Below, one piece after another: positions 22,746-36,307 of a stretch of DNA of 64,000 nt. Both the position numbers and the translations under genes were made by a program. The notes under the pieces are model-generated. The model made no database searches. It was not told the DNA's origin and was given only the letters and a program-made list of their open reading frames with translations. Position 1 is the first letter of the stretch; every line of letters starts with the position of its first letter. The DNA comes from Podarcis muralis (Eukaryota): positions 8,618,001 through 8,682,000 of the forward strand of contig NC_135667.1 in assembly GCF_964188315.1 (NCBI RefSeq). The letters run 5' to 3'.

Positions 22746-25700
22746 ATGTGCTTTGGAGAGTTGGGGAAGGGCTAAGAGGCAGGGTTTTGTCCTTCCATGG
22801 TGGGATGTTATAATCTCTGTTAGGTATTCATGGGATTTATTTGTAGCAGTTTGACTAAACACAGTTCAGCTTCTCTCTTCTAGAGATGTATTGACTGAGC
22901 CTTGCACCGTTCAATGCAGTGTCTTCAAATACAGCTACTATGGATGGACGGACACAACAGAGTGTGCATACCTTGAAAAACCTGGCTGCCAGGGTCTTGT
23001 GGCTATTGGTGTTGCTGTTTCTAATTCCTTCTGCTGTGTTCAAAGCAGATACTACAAAGTGTCCCTGGGGTGATCCTTTTCCTGTTCCACATGAGTGGTA
23101 CCAGCCAGGTGACCTCATCATTGGTGGGATTGCTTCTCAGATCTGTTATATTTTCTATGAAGTTTCATTCAAGGAACACCCATCACAAAAACTATTTGAT
23201 GTTGCATAGTAAGAGTCTCCCCACCCACATCAATCTTCCAAGTAACTTTATTTTATTTTATTTTTAGCTTTTTCTCTTGTCTAAAGGTAGCGCTTGTCAT
23301 TTCACTGACATTTGTAACTTGCATTGAGAGCTTTTGGGGGCAAACAGTGGGCTTAAAAATGCTTCTCATTTTCAATCCCTTTGCGAACCTTTTGCAGTCT
23401 GCTAAAACTACCAGAAGGAGGGATGTTTTCTATTTTGTAAAAGAATGAGGAAAGTGACTAAGATTTTGGTTTTATATGCACCAAGTGTGATTGCAATACA
23501 GATATTGAGGAGCATAAGGCTGAAAATGAAAATAAATAAATGAAAAAATAAGGTAACCCAGGGATGAAATTCAAAATAATAATAAAAACCAACCTGTGCT
23601 AAATCCTTCCTCCATTTCCCCCAAAGCTTCCTTCCCACTTTTAGGGTGCTTTCAATTTTCAGTGTGCAGGGAGTTGAGATTAACTTTTGGGTTTGAGGTG
23701 GCTAACACTGGTGAGGGTGGTTATCTTTCTATTAGTCATTTCATTTATGCCACCTGATTTGAAAGAAAAAGTTCTGTTGTGAAATATCCTGGGCTTTAAT
23801 TGGGAAGTTGGCTTCTAACCACATGCAGTCAACACTTTCTGATCTTCCTTTTAAAGGAAGTCCTTCCTTCTAAGTACACAAATGCATAAAATATTTCCAT
23901 ACGGGAAGGAATCTTTTTTTTTTAAGAAAACCCACACTTTTCAGGAGCACATTGTCCAGCCTCTGAACATTCCCACACTTTGTCCTGAGCCCAATCAGCC
24001 AAGGAAGGCAGACATCAGATAGTTAATTCTTTATTAACAAATGTGTGCACTTCCAGCAGCAACTATGGCAACTGGATACACACGAACATACACGCTTATA
24101 TCTAAGCAGCTATTCCTTGGTCCATGCCCTATGAAGCAGTTGCAGCAACCATGGGACTATCCACCCCAGCTTATGTATCTTCCTCTGATGGGGTGTATGC
24201 ATGGGACCTGAGGCTTCTCCTACATGGAAATTGTCACAGTTCTTCCCTCTTCTAGGACACAAATTTGCCTGGACAGCCTCTTCCTCCTGTACCTGCCCTT
24301 TTACCTCTGACTGCTTTGACCTGTCCTCTTTCCCCTTCCCTGGCTCCTGCCTCATGAGAGGCACCAAATCCCATAAATCACTGGTCCCCTCTCCCAGGTC
24401 TTCCACTGACCCCTCTGCACCCACCATACACTTATGAGTAAACAAACAAATCCCTGTGTTGCAAAATATGAGTCAGCAATATCAAAAGCAACGTGATGGT
24501 CAGAAACAATTACAATATGAAAAAGTGAAAGTCTCTGAAAGTCCTTAAATGAATCACAGTGCCAGACTTTACCCGGCAGAGAACAAGCTGTGAAGCTTTG
24601 AATAACCAGCAAATGTCCAATTGTCCAATTCTGATGTCCAACTCTGAACTCTGATGAACAGTGTTTCTGGATAACAACTACTGTTTCGTTGAATTCTTCA
24701 TCAGCAAATTAGTTCAACACTTGTAAGTAGAAAGATATTCATTAACCAATCTTTTTTCGAATAGAACAGTGACTACATAATCGCATGAGCACTGTTCCAG
24801 AGTACTTTTCATTCTCATGTATATTATATCTATTCGGAAAAAAGATTGGTAAAGTCTGGCACCATGATTCATTTAAGGAAGTTCAGAGACTTTCAGAGAC
24901 TTCAGTTTGTTAGTTTTGATGTTTTGAATTATTCCATAAAGTTTTTCATATTGTAACTGTTTATGGCCATGGTGTTCCTTTTGATATTGCTGACCCACCA
25001 TACAGTCATCAGAGTTCTGCCAGTCCCAGAGACACTTATAAGAAAGTCAGGAAGGTGAACCACCAAAGAAGGTCGTAGTATGCACACCACAAGAAAGATT
25101 ACTTGTGGACAGAAATAAAGGTCAGTCATAAAAAACACTGTCCACTTAGGAAGTAAGTAATTACCCCCCCCACCCCCAAAATCCCTCACATCCCATGCAT
25201 GGTAATTTAATAGAAAATTCCTCTAAACACATAATTTAATTCCATTCCTTTGGAAATAGGAGGAATTTGTATGAAGCCTAAGGTGTTACCAAGCATTTCT
25301 TGTGGAAATTAAAGGATTAAACTGGGGACTTCCTGCATGTAAAATTTATTTGTTTGTTTTATTTATTAAATGTGTATACTGCCATATACTCTATACCCTA
25401 GATCTCTGGGTGGTCCACAGCATAACATTTAAATTATAAACTATCATAGCTCTGCATGACTGCTGTTGTGGTGCAGAGCAATGGCCTTTCCCCAACTGTC
25501 TACTGAGAAGAAAGCCCTGCTGAATCCATCGGGACATACTTTAAGTGAATAAATGATTACAACTTTCATGGTCCAGAGCATAGTTCTGAGATATGTGAAG
25601 GTGATACGCTTAGTGAGAAACAGGGTTATTTTATTGTATTTTATTTTGTACACTGAGATGAAAAGCCCAAAGATAGGATGAGCCCAATAGATGTGTAAAA

Positions 25701-26767
25701 GTACTATGGAAAGCAGGAGTGCCCTAATCAACCATTAATTTTCTGTAGGGATATTCTACAGAATAATCTAAGGTAATAGATTAATGGCAAATAAATAAGT
25801 AAATAAATAAATTTCAATCTAAATCAGTTTCAGGCAGAAAATGTTTGATATTGTGGAGTATTGATCTTGGAAATAATTAACTTTATTTTCAGCATAGTGA
25901 CAAAATTCTACCAACATGTTCTTGCCTTGGCGTTTGCTGTGAAATAAATAAATGAGAGTCCTAACATCTTGCCCAACTTCACTCTTGGCTTCCACATCTA
26001 TGACAGCTATTATGATGCAAGGATGACCTACCGTACTACCCTAGACCTGCTCTTCAAAATGCACAAATTCGTCCCCAACTACAAATGTGACTTTCAGAAA
26101 AACCTCATATCCATCATTGGGGGACTCGGGGCTGGTACCTCCTTTCTTATGGCAGACATATTAGGTCTCTATAAGATTCCACAGGTAGGATGTATGAATG
26201 GGAGCCTGGTGTTTTTTTGTTTTGTTTTGTTTTTGCTCCCTTTATGTGCTTTATCCAATGAGTGTTCTCCTCAGAGTAGACACATCAGGTAGCATTTAGG
26301 ATTGTTATGAGTTTGCTTGAATAGGCTTCCCTTCTAATTCTTGGAGGTGGATTTATCAAAGTGCTAAAATAAAGGCCAAACCATTTTCCCATGTACAGGA
26401 AACCACCTGACAGAGGAACCATCAAGGAAAACAAAGAATGGTAATGGCTGAGTTGGTAAGCAAACAAAGGGTAGGAAGTGGGGCCATTTAAAAAGCTGAG
26501 ATTTGGCAAGTGGGGGAAGCCCCTCTCTGAGCCCAATGAGTAGAAAGACAAAACCTTGGAAGGAGAGGAGAGAGGTGGTGGTGGGGTTTGGGGGGGGGGT
26601 GGAGAGCAGTTTTGCTTGATGTAAGCAAGAATCAAAAGTTGTGTTTTGAAAGCAATTTGCAAGCTGGAAAAAAAAGCAATCAAAGTAATGTGGGCTGGGA
26701 GTTTTGAATCCGAGGTGACCACTTTGAAAGAAACAAGACCCTCTTGGAGTGCAATGTTCAGGTTGTA

Positions 26768-26847
26768 CAGGGTGAGTCTTTTAAAAGAGGCCCCATGGAA
26801 CATGTGTATTCTGTATCCATGGGGCCTCTTTTAAAGGACTCACCCTG
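26768..26847. mobile_element. 80-bp palindromic Tc1/mariner-type MITE
   Basis: Arms cagggtgagtcttttaaaagaggccccatgga / tccatggggcctcttttaaaggactcaccctg (32 bp, 1 mismatch), a 16-nt loop, and TA flanks. Confidence 0.85.
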
Positions 26848-28413
26848 TATATATGTGTAAATAAGCCATATATCATAAAGACACCGTGGTCTCTAGTGTG
26901 CCTCATTTCCAAAGGAAACACAAACGCTCCATAAGTGCCTTGACCTCTGCAGTCTCACACTGCTATGGAGATTGGGCTGGTGTGTTAAAGTATCGTGACT
27001 AAGTCAGGTCCTTTAATTTCTATGGACGTATCCTTTATTCTGTTTTCCCTACATCTTTATTTAATTTTTCCTGTCCATGTCATTCTCTTTGTGTTATTTT
27101 TAGGGATGTGCAACTGATCTGTTCAAATTTCAAATCAAAATGGGGAATGGGGAAAGAAACTTATAATAAACCTCAACTGGATAAATCCTTAGCTTTAACC
27201 TGTGGATTACTCCAAAAATATCTGTTGAATAAGAAATCATGTTGTATAGGATGAGTGCTCTTGACATAACTAGATAATATGTGTACATTTCCTTTCAGCT
27301 CACGTATGGTTCATTTCCCCCAGAGGAGAGTGATTCAAAACAGGTTTCTACATTTTACCGAATGGTACCCAATGAACTCCATCAGTACATAGGGATTATC
27401 AGCTTGCTTAAGCATTTTGGATGGACATGGGTTGGACTCTTTGCTCCAGATGATGCCAAAGGAGAATATTTCATCAACATCCTGGAGCCAATGCTTTCTC
27501 AAAATGGAATTTGTTCAGCCTTCACACAAAGAGTCCCACAACTAGTCCACTATGATGACTTGGGTAAAATTAGTGATATAGCCTTAAATATGTATGTACC
27601 ATTCACAGATAATAAAACCACTACATTCATCATCTATGGAGAATCTTTGATGATTATATGGCTGAGAGCTATCATATTTTTGCGAGATCCTGCAAATGAG
27701 GAAGACATTTCATTTAGAAAGGTGTGGATCTTGACAGCCCAGATTGATTTCATATTAATGGGCTTTCATAAGACTTGGGGACTCCAGCTCTTCCATGGTG
27801 CCATTTCATTCACAATTCACTCACAAAATCTTCTAAACTTCACCGAATTTCTTCAGAGCATTAAGCATTCCCAGAGCCAGGGAGATGGTTTTTTCAAAGA
27901 CTTCTGGGAGCAAGCATTTGATTGTTTCTTACCAAATCCCAATGTGCCAATGAACGCCAATGACATATGCACTGGGGAAGAGAGGTTGCAGAGTCTTCCA
28001 GGGCCTCTTTTTGAAATGTGCATGACTGGCCACAGCTACAGTATCTACAAAGCTGTCAATGTTGTGGCTCATGCCTTGCATGACTTTTATTCATCTAGAT
28101 CCAGGCAGCGAACAATGGGAGGAAGTCAAATATTAGAACTTTGGGATCTGCAGCCTTGGCAGGTAATGCTGTACAAATGAAGTGAAACAAAATATATTAT
28201 TATTTAAATCAACAATTTATTACATGATCGATTAAGACAAGTAACAGCTGAAATGATGTTCCACATCCTACTGACTGCCAATGTTTTATGTTTCCATATT
28301 AATCTCTCTACATTTTGCCTGAAAATATTTTTTTGTGTTCCATCAATCCATAATAAAATGCCCAATGTAAAAACAAAAGAAAACTGATTTTTAACACTTG
28401 CTCTGAGAGTGAT

Positions 28414-28671
28414 GAGAGCCAGTGTGGTGTAGTGGTTAAGAGCGGTGGGCTCATAACCTGGTGAACCGGGTTCGCTTCCCTGCTCCTCCACATGCAGCTG
28501 CTGGGTGACCTTGGGCCAGTCACACTTCCTTGAAGTCTCTCAGCCCCACTCACCTTACAGAGTGTTTGTTGTGGGGGAGGAAGGGAAAGGAGAATGTTAG
28601 CCGCTTTGAGACTCCTTAAAGGGAGTGAAAGGCGGGATATCAAATCCAAACTCTTCTTCTTCTCTTCTTCT
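28414..28671 (+). mobile_element. Squam3-type tRNA-derived SINE
   Basis: gagagccagtgtggtgtagtggttaagagc...gggttcg head, cagctgctgggtgaccttgggccagtcac core, and atcaaatccaaact(ctt)n tail. Confidence 0.85.
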
Positions 28672-29777
28672 CTTTGTTAGATGATGTTGAATAAATATAT
28701 CTAAAAAGGATTCTGGTAAGGCATGTCATTGTTGCCAATATTTTCATAACATTCTTTCCCCCTCATGTCTCTTTTCTCCTTTAATTAGCTTCACCCCATT
28801 TTTCATAGCATTTCATTTAACAACGCAGCTGGAGAAACAGTATCATTTACAGATAACAGAGAAATGCGAGGTGGATTTGATATAATGAACATGGTCACAT
28901 TTCCAAACAAGTCCTTCATTCGAATGAAAATAGGATGGGTGAATCCTAATGCTCTTGATGGAAAAGAATTCATCATTCATGAGGACATGATCGTTTGGCA
29001 CAATGGTTTTAACCAGGTTGGGTTCTGGGGTATTCTTGTGGGCTCCTCACTTTCCACATCAATCCTTCAGGTGCTCAGAATAACCACCATTCTTCTCTTG
29101 GAGAAGTTCATAGAAATAATATGTATATTTTCTAACAATATTTGGAAATGAACTTCTAATAATATTTACTATGCCTCATTTATATATGACAGGGCTCAGG
29201 ATGATCCAAATGAAAATTATTCATGAAGCAAAAATGGGTTGATTCAGTTTTAATGGAAACAGGGGCATGGCTCAGTTGAAGTTCCGTATCATATTCTTTT
29301 CAGGTCTAGGTAGGGCTGAACCACACAACCTCATCTGCATTCCTGTAGAGCTGATATTGCTTCCCCCATCATCCTCAAAGCATCAAGGTGGAAGCATATT
29401 TGTGAGAGTTGCCAGAAGCCTGGAAACAGTAATCCACAGATGGGTGGTTTATATTTGGGATGCATAAACAGAGAATATATAACGCTTTCCCACCAGCTTC
29501 CTTCATTGAAGCCATAGCACCCATCTCTTGCTCCTGGTAGGCTGTATGAGATATGCTGGTTGCCACAGCTGAGGCCAGATAAAATATTTTGTTCTCTTCT
29601 TTCTTTGTCTGGCTCAAGTTGGAGGTATTTTTCCTTCTACTTCATATGCCTAACCAGAAGCTCCAGGTAGCTGCAGTTACTTGTAGGAGTCAGATAATTA
29701 GTTGAATTTGTTTTCTGGTCATTTGACATATATATACAGGAGAGGGAAAAGGTTGCCAAAACTGGTTTGTATGCTGT

Positions 29778-30304
29778 TGTCAGGGACTGTGCTGAGGAGG
29801 ACTGTACTGAGGAGGAATGGTGGGAGCCTCCCCCTCCTCCTGCTCCTGCTCCAGATCCTGACTCTTCCCAGAAGCAGGAGGACAGTATAGATTTGGAACA
29901 GTGATTTGCAGAGGGACATTGTTCAGAAGGCAGAAGCTGGGAAATACTGGATGGGAAACAGATAGGAGAAGAAACACTGGAAGAGAGAGGGTTAACAGAT
30001 TCACAGTCTCTGGACAGCATTCACACACACCACTCTTCTCCAAAGTCATGGAGAGCTCAGAAAGTGGCAGAAGAGAAAGCACAGAGGGTACAAGCTCAGA
30101 TTGCATGACGTAAGAGTGACATAGATTAATAGGAACGGAAGGGGGTGTGATCCTTAATTGGGAGCACTGCCTTTTCTAGGAGATGTGTTCTTTGTTCTCT
30201 TGCTGTGATTATTAAAGTTTCTAACTTGTGAGAAGACTCCTTTTCTGCTTGTTCTGCTTATCCACTGCCCCAGGGGGAAGAAGCCAATTCCTTGAACCCT
30301 GAAA
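29778..30304 (+). mobile_element. Solo LTR (Gypsy-like) with 5-bp TSD
   Basis: TGTCAGG...CCTGAAA ends with TSD GCTGT on both sides. Same family as 35803-36307. Confidence 0.85.
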
Positions 30305-30839
30305 GCTGTGGCCTCTATGGCCTGTTCAACAGGATATGGTCACTTTACATATTAATCAATGTGGGCCTTAGATGGGGTGGTGAATCAGGAAGATCTCACC
30401 CAATCAAGAAAGGCTTAGGAGAGTGATAGAGGTTTGCCACACCTGGTCTTCTCCCTATATAGTGTACAATTTCTTAGCATTAATAAAATGGTCCTAATTT
30501 AATATGTATATTGTGTTTTGCATCTTTACTTCTGATTTCCTAAGACAAACATTTAACTTCATATAAAATACATTTTCTGTAAAAACGTTTAAGGGATGAC
30601 TGGTCCACTTTCTTATTCGAAGTTCAACAACTTAAAATTTCTTTCAAGTATTTCTCCCTTTGGAAATTATTTCTGGTTTATTGATAGGTGATCCCTATTT
30701 CTGTGTGTAATGACTACTGCTGCCCTGGTAATCAGAAGAAAAAGAAGGAAGGCGAGAAATTTTGCTGCTATGATTGTGTTCCATGTCCAGAAGGGAAGAT
30801 TTCAAACAGAAATGGTATATGACAATGATTCCCTACCTA

Positions 30840-31420
30840 CTGTGTGGCATAATGGTTAGAGTGTCAGACTATGACCTGGGATACCATGGTTCAAAACCCC
30901 ACAGGGTTCAAATGAAGCCCACTGGGTTGCCTTGGGCCAGTCATAATAAAAATAATTTTATTATTTATACCCTGTTCATCTACATGGCTTTCCCCAGCCA
31001 CTCTGGACAGCTTATAGCACATATAAAATCACAGAAAACCTCAACCATTAAAAACTTCCCTATTCAGGGCTTCTTTCAGATGTCTTCTAAAAGTCGTGTA
31101 GTTGTTTATCTTTGACATCTGACAGGAGGGCATTCCACAGGGAAGGCGCCACTGTTGAGAAGGCCCTCTGCCTGGTCTCCACCAGGAGACTCTTGGAGGA
31201 GGACCTCAGTTTCTGGGCTGAATGATGGAGGTGGAGATGCTCCTTCAGATATACTGGGTCAAGGCTATTTAGGGCTTTAAAGGTCATCATCTTTTAACCT
31301 AACCTACCTACAGGGTGGTTGTGAGGTTGAAATGGGGAGGCAGAGAACCATGTACACTACCCTGAGCTCCATGGAAGAAAATGGAGGTATATAATTGTAT
31401 AATGATGATGATGATGATAC
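30840..31420 (+). mobile_element. Old tRNA-SINE (Squam3/MIR-like) interrupted by an L2 fragment
   Basis: Head tgtgtggcataatggttagagtgtcagact...ggttcaaaaccc at 30840-30945. The body resumes after about 31290 (cctacagggtggttgtgagg...). Confidence 0.6.
30955..31290 (-). mobile_element. L2 LINE 3' fragment (older relative of the 36.8-40.3 kb element)
   Basis: Encodes TFKALNSLDPVYLKEHL...RQRAFSTVAPSLWNAL, homologous to the C-terminus of the 1010-aa ORF. Confidence 0.85.
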
Positions 31421-32782
31421 TGTCAGAGAGCATTGGCTTCAGAACCAATTTTTACTTTTGTTTTTGAATAAAGAGGGCAAGCGGTGAGGACACTGATGTA
31501 GAAATAAATCCCCCTATTTTCATCAAAGGAATGCTGGATCATATGGAATTGGCATGGCAGCATTGTTTCACTTGGATCTGCCATCCTGAAATCACCAGAT
31601 AAAGCCTACCGACCTCCACCTGCAGGGTGAATGGAGTGGCAGCTTAAACAGCTTTAAGCAAAACTTTGATAGTTTCAGTCAACATCTTTAACAACAATTC
31701 AAATCATTCCACATCAAATCATGCTAATTCAGAATAAGAAGGTCAACAGCAGCAACAATTGTTACATAGGAGGCAAAAAAACACACCAAAAAAACAGACA
31801 TGCATTGCCACTGAAATTTTATCCTCTTCTGTTTTTTTCAGATATGGAAAACTGCTTCAGATGCCCAGAAGATCAGTATCCAAACCAGAACAAAAATGGA
31901 TGCATCCCCAAAATAATAAGCTTTCTTTCTTATGAGGAACCATTAGGGATCAGCTTAGCCTCAGTTGCTCTTACTTTTTCCCTGATCACAATATTGGTGC
32001 TAGGAATGTTTATTCAACAAAAAAACACTCCCATAGTGAAAGCCAACAACTGGGACCTCACATGCACTCTCCTAGTCTCCCTCCTGCTCTGCTTCCTCTC
32101 ATCTTTGCTGTTCCTAGGAAAACCTGGGAAAGTGACCTGCCTTCTTCGCCAACCAACTTTTGGCATTGTCTTCTCAGTAGCTATTTCTTGTGTGTTGGCC
32201 AAAACCATCACCGTAGTTGTAGCTTTCATGGCCACAAAGCCAGGCTCCAGTATGAGGAAGTGGGTGGGGAAAAGACTGACCAGTGTCATTGTTCTCCCCT
32301 GCTCTCTTACTCAAGCAGGCATCTGTACTGTGTGGTTGATGACTTCTCCCCCATTCTCCAACCCAGACATGCACTCAGTAACAAATGAAATCCTTCTGCA
32401 GTGCAATGAAGGGTCAACCACCTTGTTTTACTGTGTCTTGGGCTACATGGGCTTCCTGGCCATTGCCAGCTTCATTGTGGCATTCAAAGCTCGCAAATTA
32501 CCTGACAGTTTTAATGAGGCCAAGTTTATTACCTTCAGCATGTTGCTGTTTTGCAGTGTTTGGCTGACCTTTGTTCCAACCTATCTGAGCACCAAAGGGA
32601 AATCCATGGTGGTGGTGGAGATCTTCTCCATCTTGTCTTCCAGTGCTGGATTGTTGGGCTGCATCTTTGCCCCAAAATGTTACATCATTGTGTTGAGGCC
32701 AGAGCTGAATAGCAGAGAGCAACTAATAAGGAGAAAGAAGTGAACAATATGTTTGTTTTCATCCTATTTTATTGTTATATGG

Positions 32783-32935
32783 CAGGCATGTCCAACTCCC
32801 AAGAGACTGCGATCTACTCCCACTATGAAAAAACTGGCAGTGATCTACCTATTGGATTGACCAAACTTGTTGGATTGATCAAAGTTGTTGAGCTTTTTGT
32901 GGGGGACAAAGAACCAAAGTTGTTGGACATGCCTG
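32783..32935. mobile_element. hAT-like MITE in the 3'UTR of gene C
   Basis: 14-bp perfect TIR caggcatgtccaac / gttggacatgcctg. The 8-bp flanks ttatatgg / ttatatac match at 6 of 8. Confidence 0.75.
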
Positions 32936-34275
32936 TTATATACTAAGGGGTTTAGTATTTAAGTGGTTACTATGAATGTCCACTGAATCCCATGCTTTTG
33001 AGGAAGCTATTTCAAATTAATGCCACTTCCCCACTTCATTTTTTCCCCAGGGGAAGGCAGTCAGCATTTCTCTGTAGTTTAAAAACAAGTGTCTACTCAC
33101 CTGCATGAACAAACAAAAGTTTTCGCTGTACTTGATTGGATGGGAACCCTTTTCAGACTGAGGACTAAATTGCCTTCTGAGGACTATATTCCAATGGTGG
33201 GTGGCTCAAGAGATGAAAGTGGACAGAGCACCTAATGACATTATCAGATTTCAAGGGCACTTCCAGCCACACAAAAAACACATGGGTGTTTCTGAAGCGG
33301 AGTCAGTGAAGGCTATAACCTGGGGAGAGTTCAGAGGGCCAGAGAGGGAAGTTTGGGGCTGACTTACAGCTTCTGAGATCCACCCTCCCCTGACTGAAAC
33401 CACATGCCAGATGACTGTTCTCAACCATCCCACAGTATAAGTCTCCTCTCTTCAGTCTGCTCTTTGCATTCTGTTCTCTTACTTTCCCCTAAGCACTGAG
33501 TTATTCTCAGCCTGCCCTGTATTAGATTGTAATGAACCTCACTGTAATAAAAAGGAATACTGAAGAAAAAGCAAGCTCAGCCTGTGTTCTTACCCAGTGC
33601 CAGTTAGCTCATCTTAATTCTCACAGCACTGATTAAATCCCAGCACCCAGGAATCTAGAGGGAGTCAGGGCACCCACAAACCCAGGATACTTTATATTTA
33701 CTGTGTGTAATCTTAAAAAAAATGCAAAGGGATCTGGAAGTGATTGAAGAGAACTAAAAAGATTTTTTTATCAGTTATTTAAATGATTCCATGTGAACCA
33801 GTTGATCTATTTACTTGAAGCACTACTTTTCTCTCACTCTTCAACCAAAAAGGTCTCCCACAACAGTTTCTGCCAGTGATAGCCTGGGGTCAACACTGGA
33901 GTCCATAACCTAAAATATATGAGTAAAATGGGAAAGGGGATTTGGAGGAATGTAGATGCCAGGGAATAAATTTAAAGGTTTACTGCTGCTGCTGCTACTG
34001 CTACTACTACTACTAATTGCCAGTATATCTAATGCTTCTAATAATACAAATACTAATGATGTGACTGAGAAAGAGGAGGGGCCAAGGTGAAAAAAAGAGA
34101 GATCCTTGAGAACTCATAGATTTATTGATTCAAGCATTTCTTTGTCCCTCTCCTCACCTAAGCAAATCTGCCACACCAGTAATTAGTATTAAAAACATGA
34201 CACTCTTTTCTCTGAGGCTTGCAATCTAAAAAGCATGACACAAATGGTAAGGAAATTTGGAGAGATGTAGAGAGG

Positions 34276-34950
34276 TGTAGTGATCAGGTGGGATTGCTAT
34301 GAGGAATTATAACAAATATAGAGTAAGCCATCTGTGTCAGCAATGAAAGCATTGCGTTGACTGGGTTTAAACTATTTTGATATGATTCTTGATCAACCTA
34401 CAACCCTGCATCCCTGTTCCATTCCTCTCTTCCTCACATGTCCCGTACACAGCAGTTGCTTCGCCAGGCAGGCATCCTGGGCCATAAAGATTGTGGGCAA
34501 GTTTCTTTGATGTAGTTTTCTTATATATTTATCTTAAGATGTTAATCTTGGAGCCAGGAAACAGATCTCACATGAAGGTGATAGTGATCTGGTCTTTCTG
34601 GCCATCCTTCTTATCATGTTTATTTCTCACCTCTGGGGTTGCCAGATGCTCCCCTTTGTAGTTCTCAACTTATTTACCACCCCTTTGTAGTTCTCAACTT
34701 ATTTACCCCAAAATATATGCATGCTAATTAGTGTTGTAGTGTAACTTTCCCCCCATGTGGGGTTTGATGAAATGATCAGAGGAAATATGATTGGTTCTCA
34801 CGAGCACTGTATGAAGGATTCTTTTGTTAATAAAATGGCCTGGTGAGGGGTGTGGTTTACGCACTTTTCTCCGAGAGCCTTGCTGGTCAAAGCCTCGTGT
34901 CTTGTTTTGTAATCAGGGTCCAGTCCTTCCTTTGGCCTCAGAACGCAACA
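34276..34950 (+). mobile_element. Solo LTR (ERV-like) in intron 1 of D'
   Basis: TGTAG...CAACA ends, AATAAA at 34829-34834, and a near-TSD gagagg/gggagg. Absent from the homologous intron of gene E (about 48335-48350). Confidence 0.7.
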
Positions 34951-34969
34951 GGGAGGGAAATAGTCTTAC

Positions 34970-35184
34970 TGTGGAACTTCAGACAGATTCTGTGATGGGT
35001 GGTCTTTGAAGAAAACTTCATAAAATACATAATAGAGCTAAGAAGCAATCCCACCATTGATGAGACCACCTGGATGGTACCACTCATGTGGAACAGGAAA
35101 TGGATAATTCACAGGGCAACTCAAAGTATCTTCTTTGAAGGTGACAGGGAACAGCAGAGTCAAAAATACCAAGAGCCCCAACAT
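34970..35184 (-). pseudogene. V2R: Orphan V2R exon 1 (locus D') with in-frame TAG
   Basis: Reverse strand reads [70 protein letters not shown] (215 nt), followed by a GTAAG donor. The stop is at 35038-35040. No exons 2-6 were found between it and the 3' end of gene C. Confidence 0.88.
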
Positions 35185-35503
35185 CGTGGCCTCCTAGCTT
35201 CTCTAAAAATACAGACCTTCCTGTGCCCATCAGTATCAAGTTATCGTCTTGAGCATGATACTATGAGTGATGCTTGGCCTTGCCAACTCAGTTCTAAAAC
35301 AGAGTTCTGTGAGCTGTTTCTGATAGTCAAAAGATTACAAATGAAACAGTAGACGAGATTGCCAACACTCTGATTTTAGGTCTGGCAAAAAAGTCAGAAA
35401 TTAAACTGATGAAGTATTGTTCATCTTTTGCCCCTATTCCCAGTTCTCCATGGCACCTGGTATAATTTATAATGGTTTCCAGGCTTGTATTTTTGACATC
35501 CAT

Positions 35504-35785
35504 AGTGCCAGTGGTTAAATGTAGTGTTTAAGAATGGTGGACTCGTAATTTGATGAACTGGGTTTGCTTCCCTGCGCCTCCACATGCAGCTGCTGGGTGA
35601 CCTTGGGCTAGTCACACTTCTCTGAAGTCTCTCGGCCTCACTTACCTCACAGAGTGTTTGTTGTAGGGGAGGAAGGGAAAAGAGATTGTTAGCCGCTTTC
35701 AGACTCCTTAAGGGGAGTGAAAGGCAGGATATCAAGTCCAAACTCCTCCTCCTCCTCTTCTTCCTCTTCCTCTTCCTCTTCCTTC
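35504..35785 (+). mobile_element. Squam3-type SINE
   Basis: Same core and tail as 28414-28671, with a (ctc/ctt)n tail. Confidence 0.85.
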
Positions 35786-35802
35786 TAAGAAACCTCTCTG
35801 GC

Positions 35803-36307
35803 TGTCAGGCTTCAGGGAATTAGCTTCTACCAATGTGGTGGCAGTAGATAAGCAGAACAAAGGAAAGGAGTCTTCTTACCAGTTAGAAACTTTAATAATC
35901 ACAGCGAGAGAACAAAGAACAAACTTCCTAGAAATGGCGGTGCTCCCAATTAAGTTCACCAACTCTCCCATCCCTTATTAATCTACATCTTCTAATCTGA
36001 GTTTGGAACTGCTGTGTTTTCTATTCTGCCACTTTCTGAGCTCTCTGGGGCTTTGGGGAAGGGGGGGGGGTAGATACTCTCCAGAAACTGTAAATCTGTT
36101 AACCCTCTCTCTTCCAGTGTTTCTTCTCGTAGTTGTTCCCCATCCAGTATTTCCCAGCTTCTGCCTTCTGAACTATATCCTTCTGCAAACCACTGTTCCA
36201 AATCTTTACTGTCCTCCTGCTCCTGTGAAGATTCAGGATTCGGATCAGGAGGGGGAGGCTCCCACCATTCCTCCTCAGTGCAGCCCTCCTCAGAACGGTC
36301 CCTGACA
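35803..36307 (-). mobile_element. Solo LTR (Gypsy-like), same family as 29778-30304
   Basis: TGTCAGG...CCTGACA inverted termini, with reverse-complement similarity to 29778-30304. The TSD is imperfect (ctggc/ctgca). Confidence 0.82.

Larger units (their letters stand above)
22940..32743 (+). pseudogene. V2R: V2R gene C with a single nonsense codon in exon 2
   Basis: Exons: 22940-23208, 25893-26184, 27299-28162, 28789-29016, 30688-30814, 31842-32743. In exon 2, GTG AAA TAA ATA AAT (TAA at 25945-25947) replaces paralogous VKEIN. The remaining exons are open with intact splice sites. The start codon is inferred. Confidence 0.88.

Noticed and set aside
23950-24440. Possible antisense solo LTR in intron 1 of gene C (ctttatt near 24030)
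   Set aside because: No convincing TG...CA ends with a TSD could be defined.
26285-26803. 172-aa minus-strand ORF in intron 2 of gene C
   Set aside because: Low complexity, no recognisable domain, and it overlaps a MITE. Probably a chance ORF.
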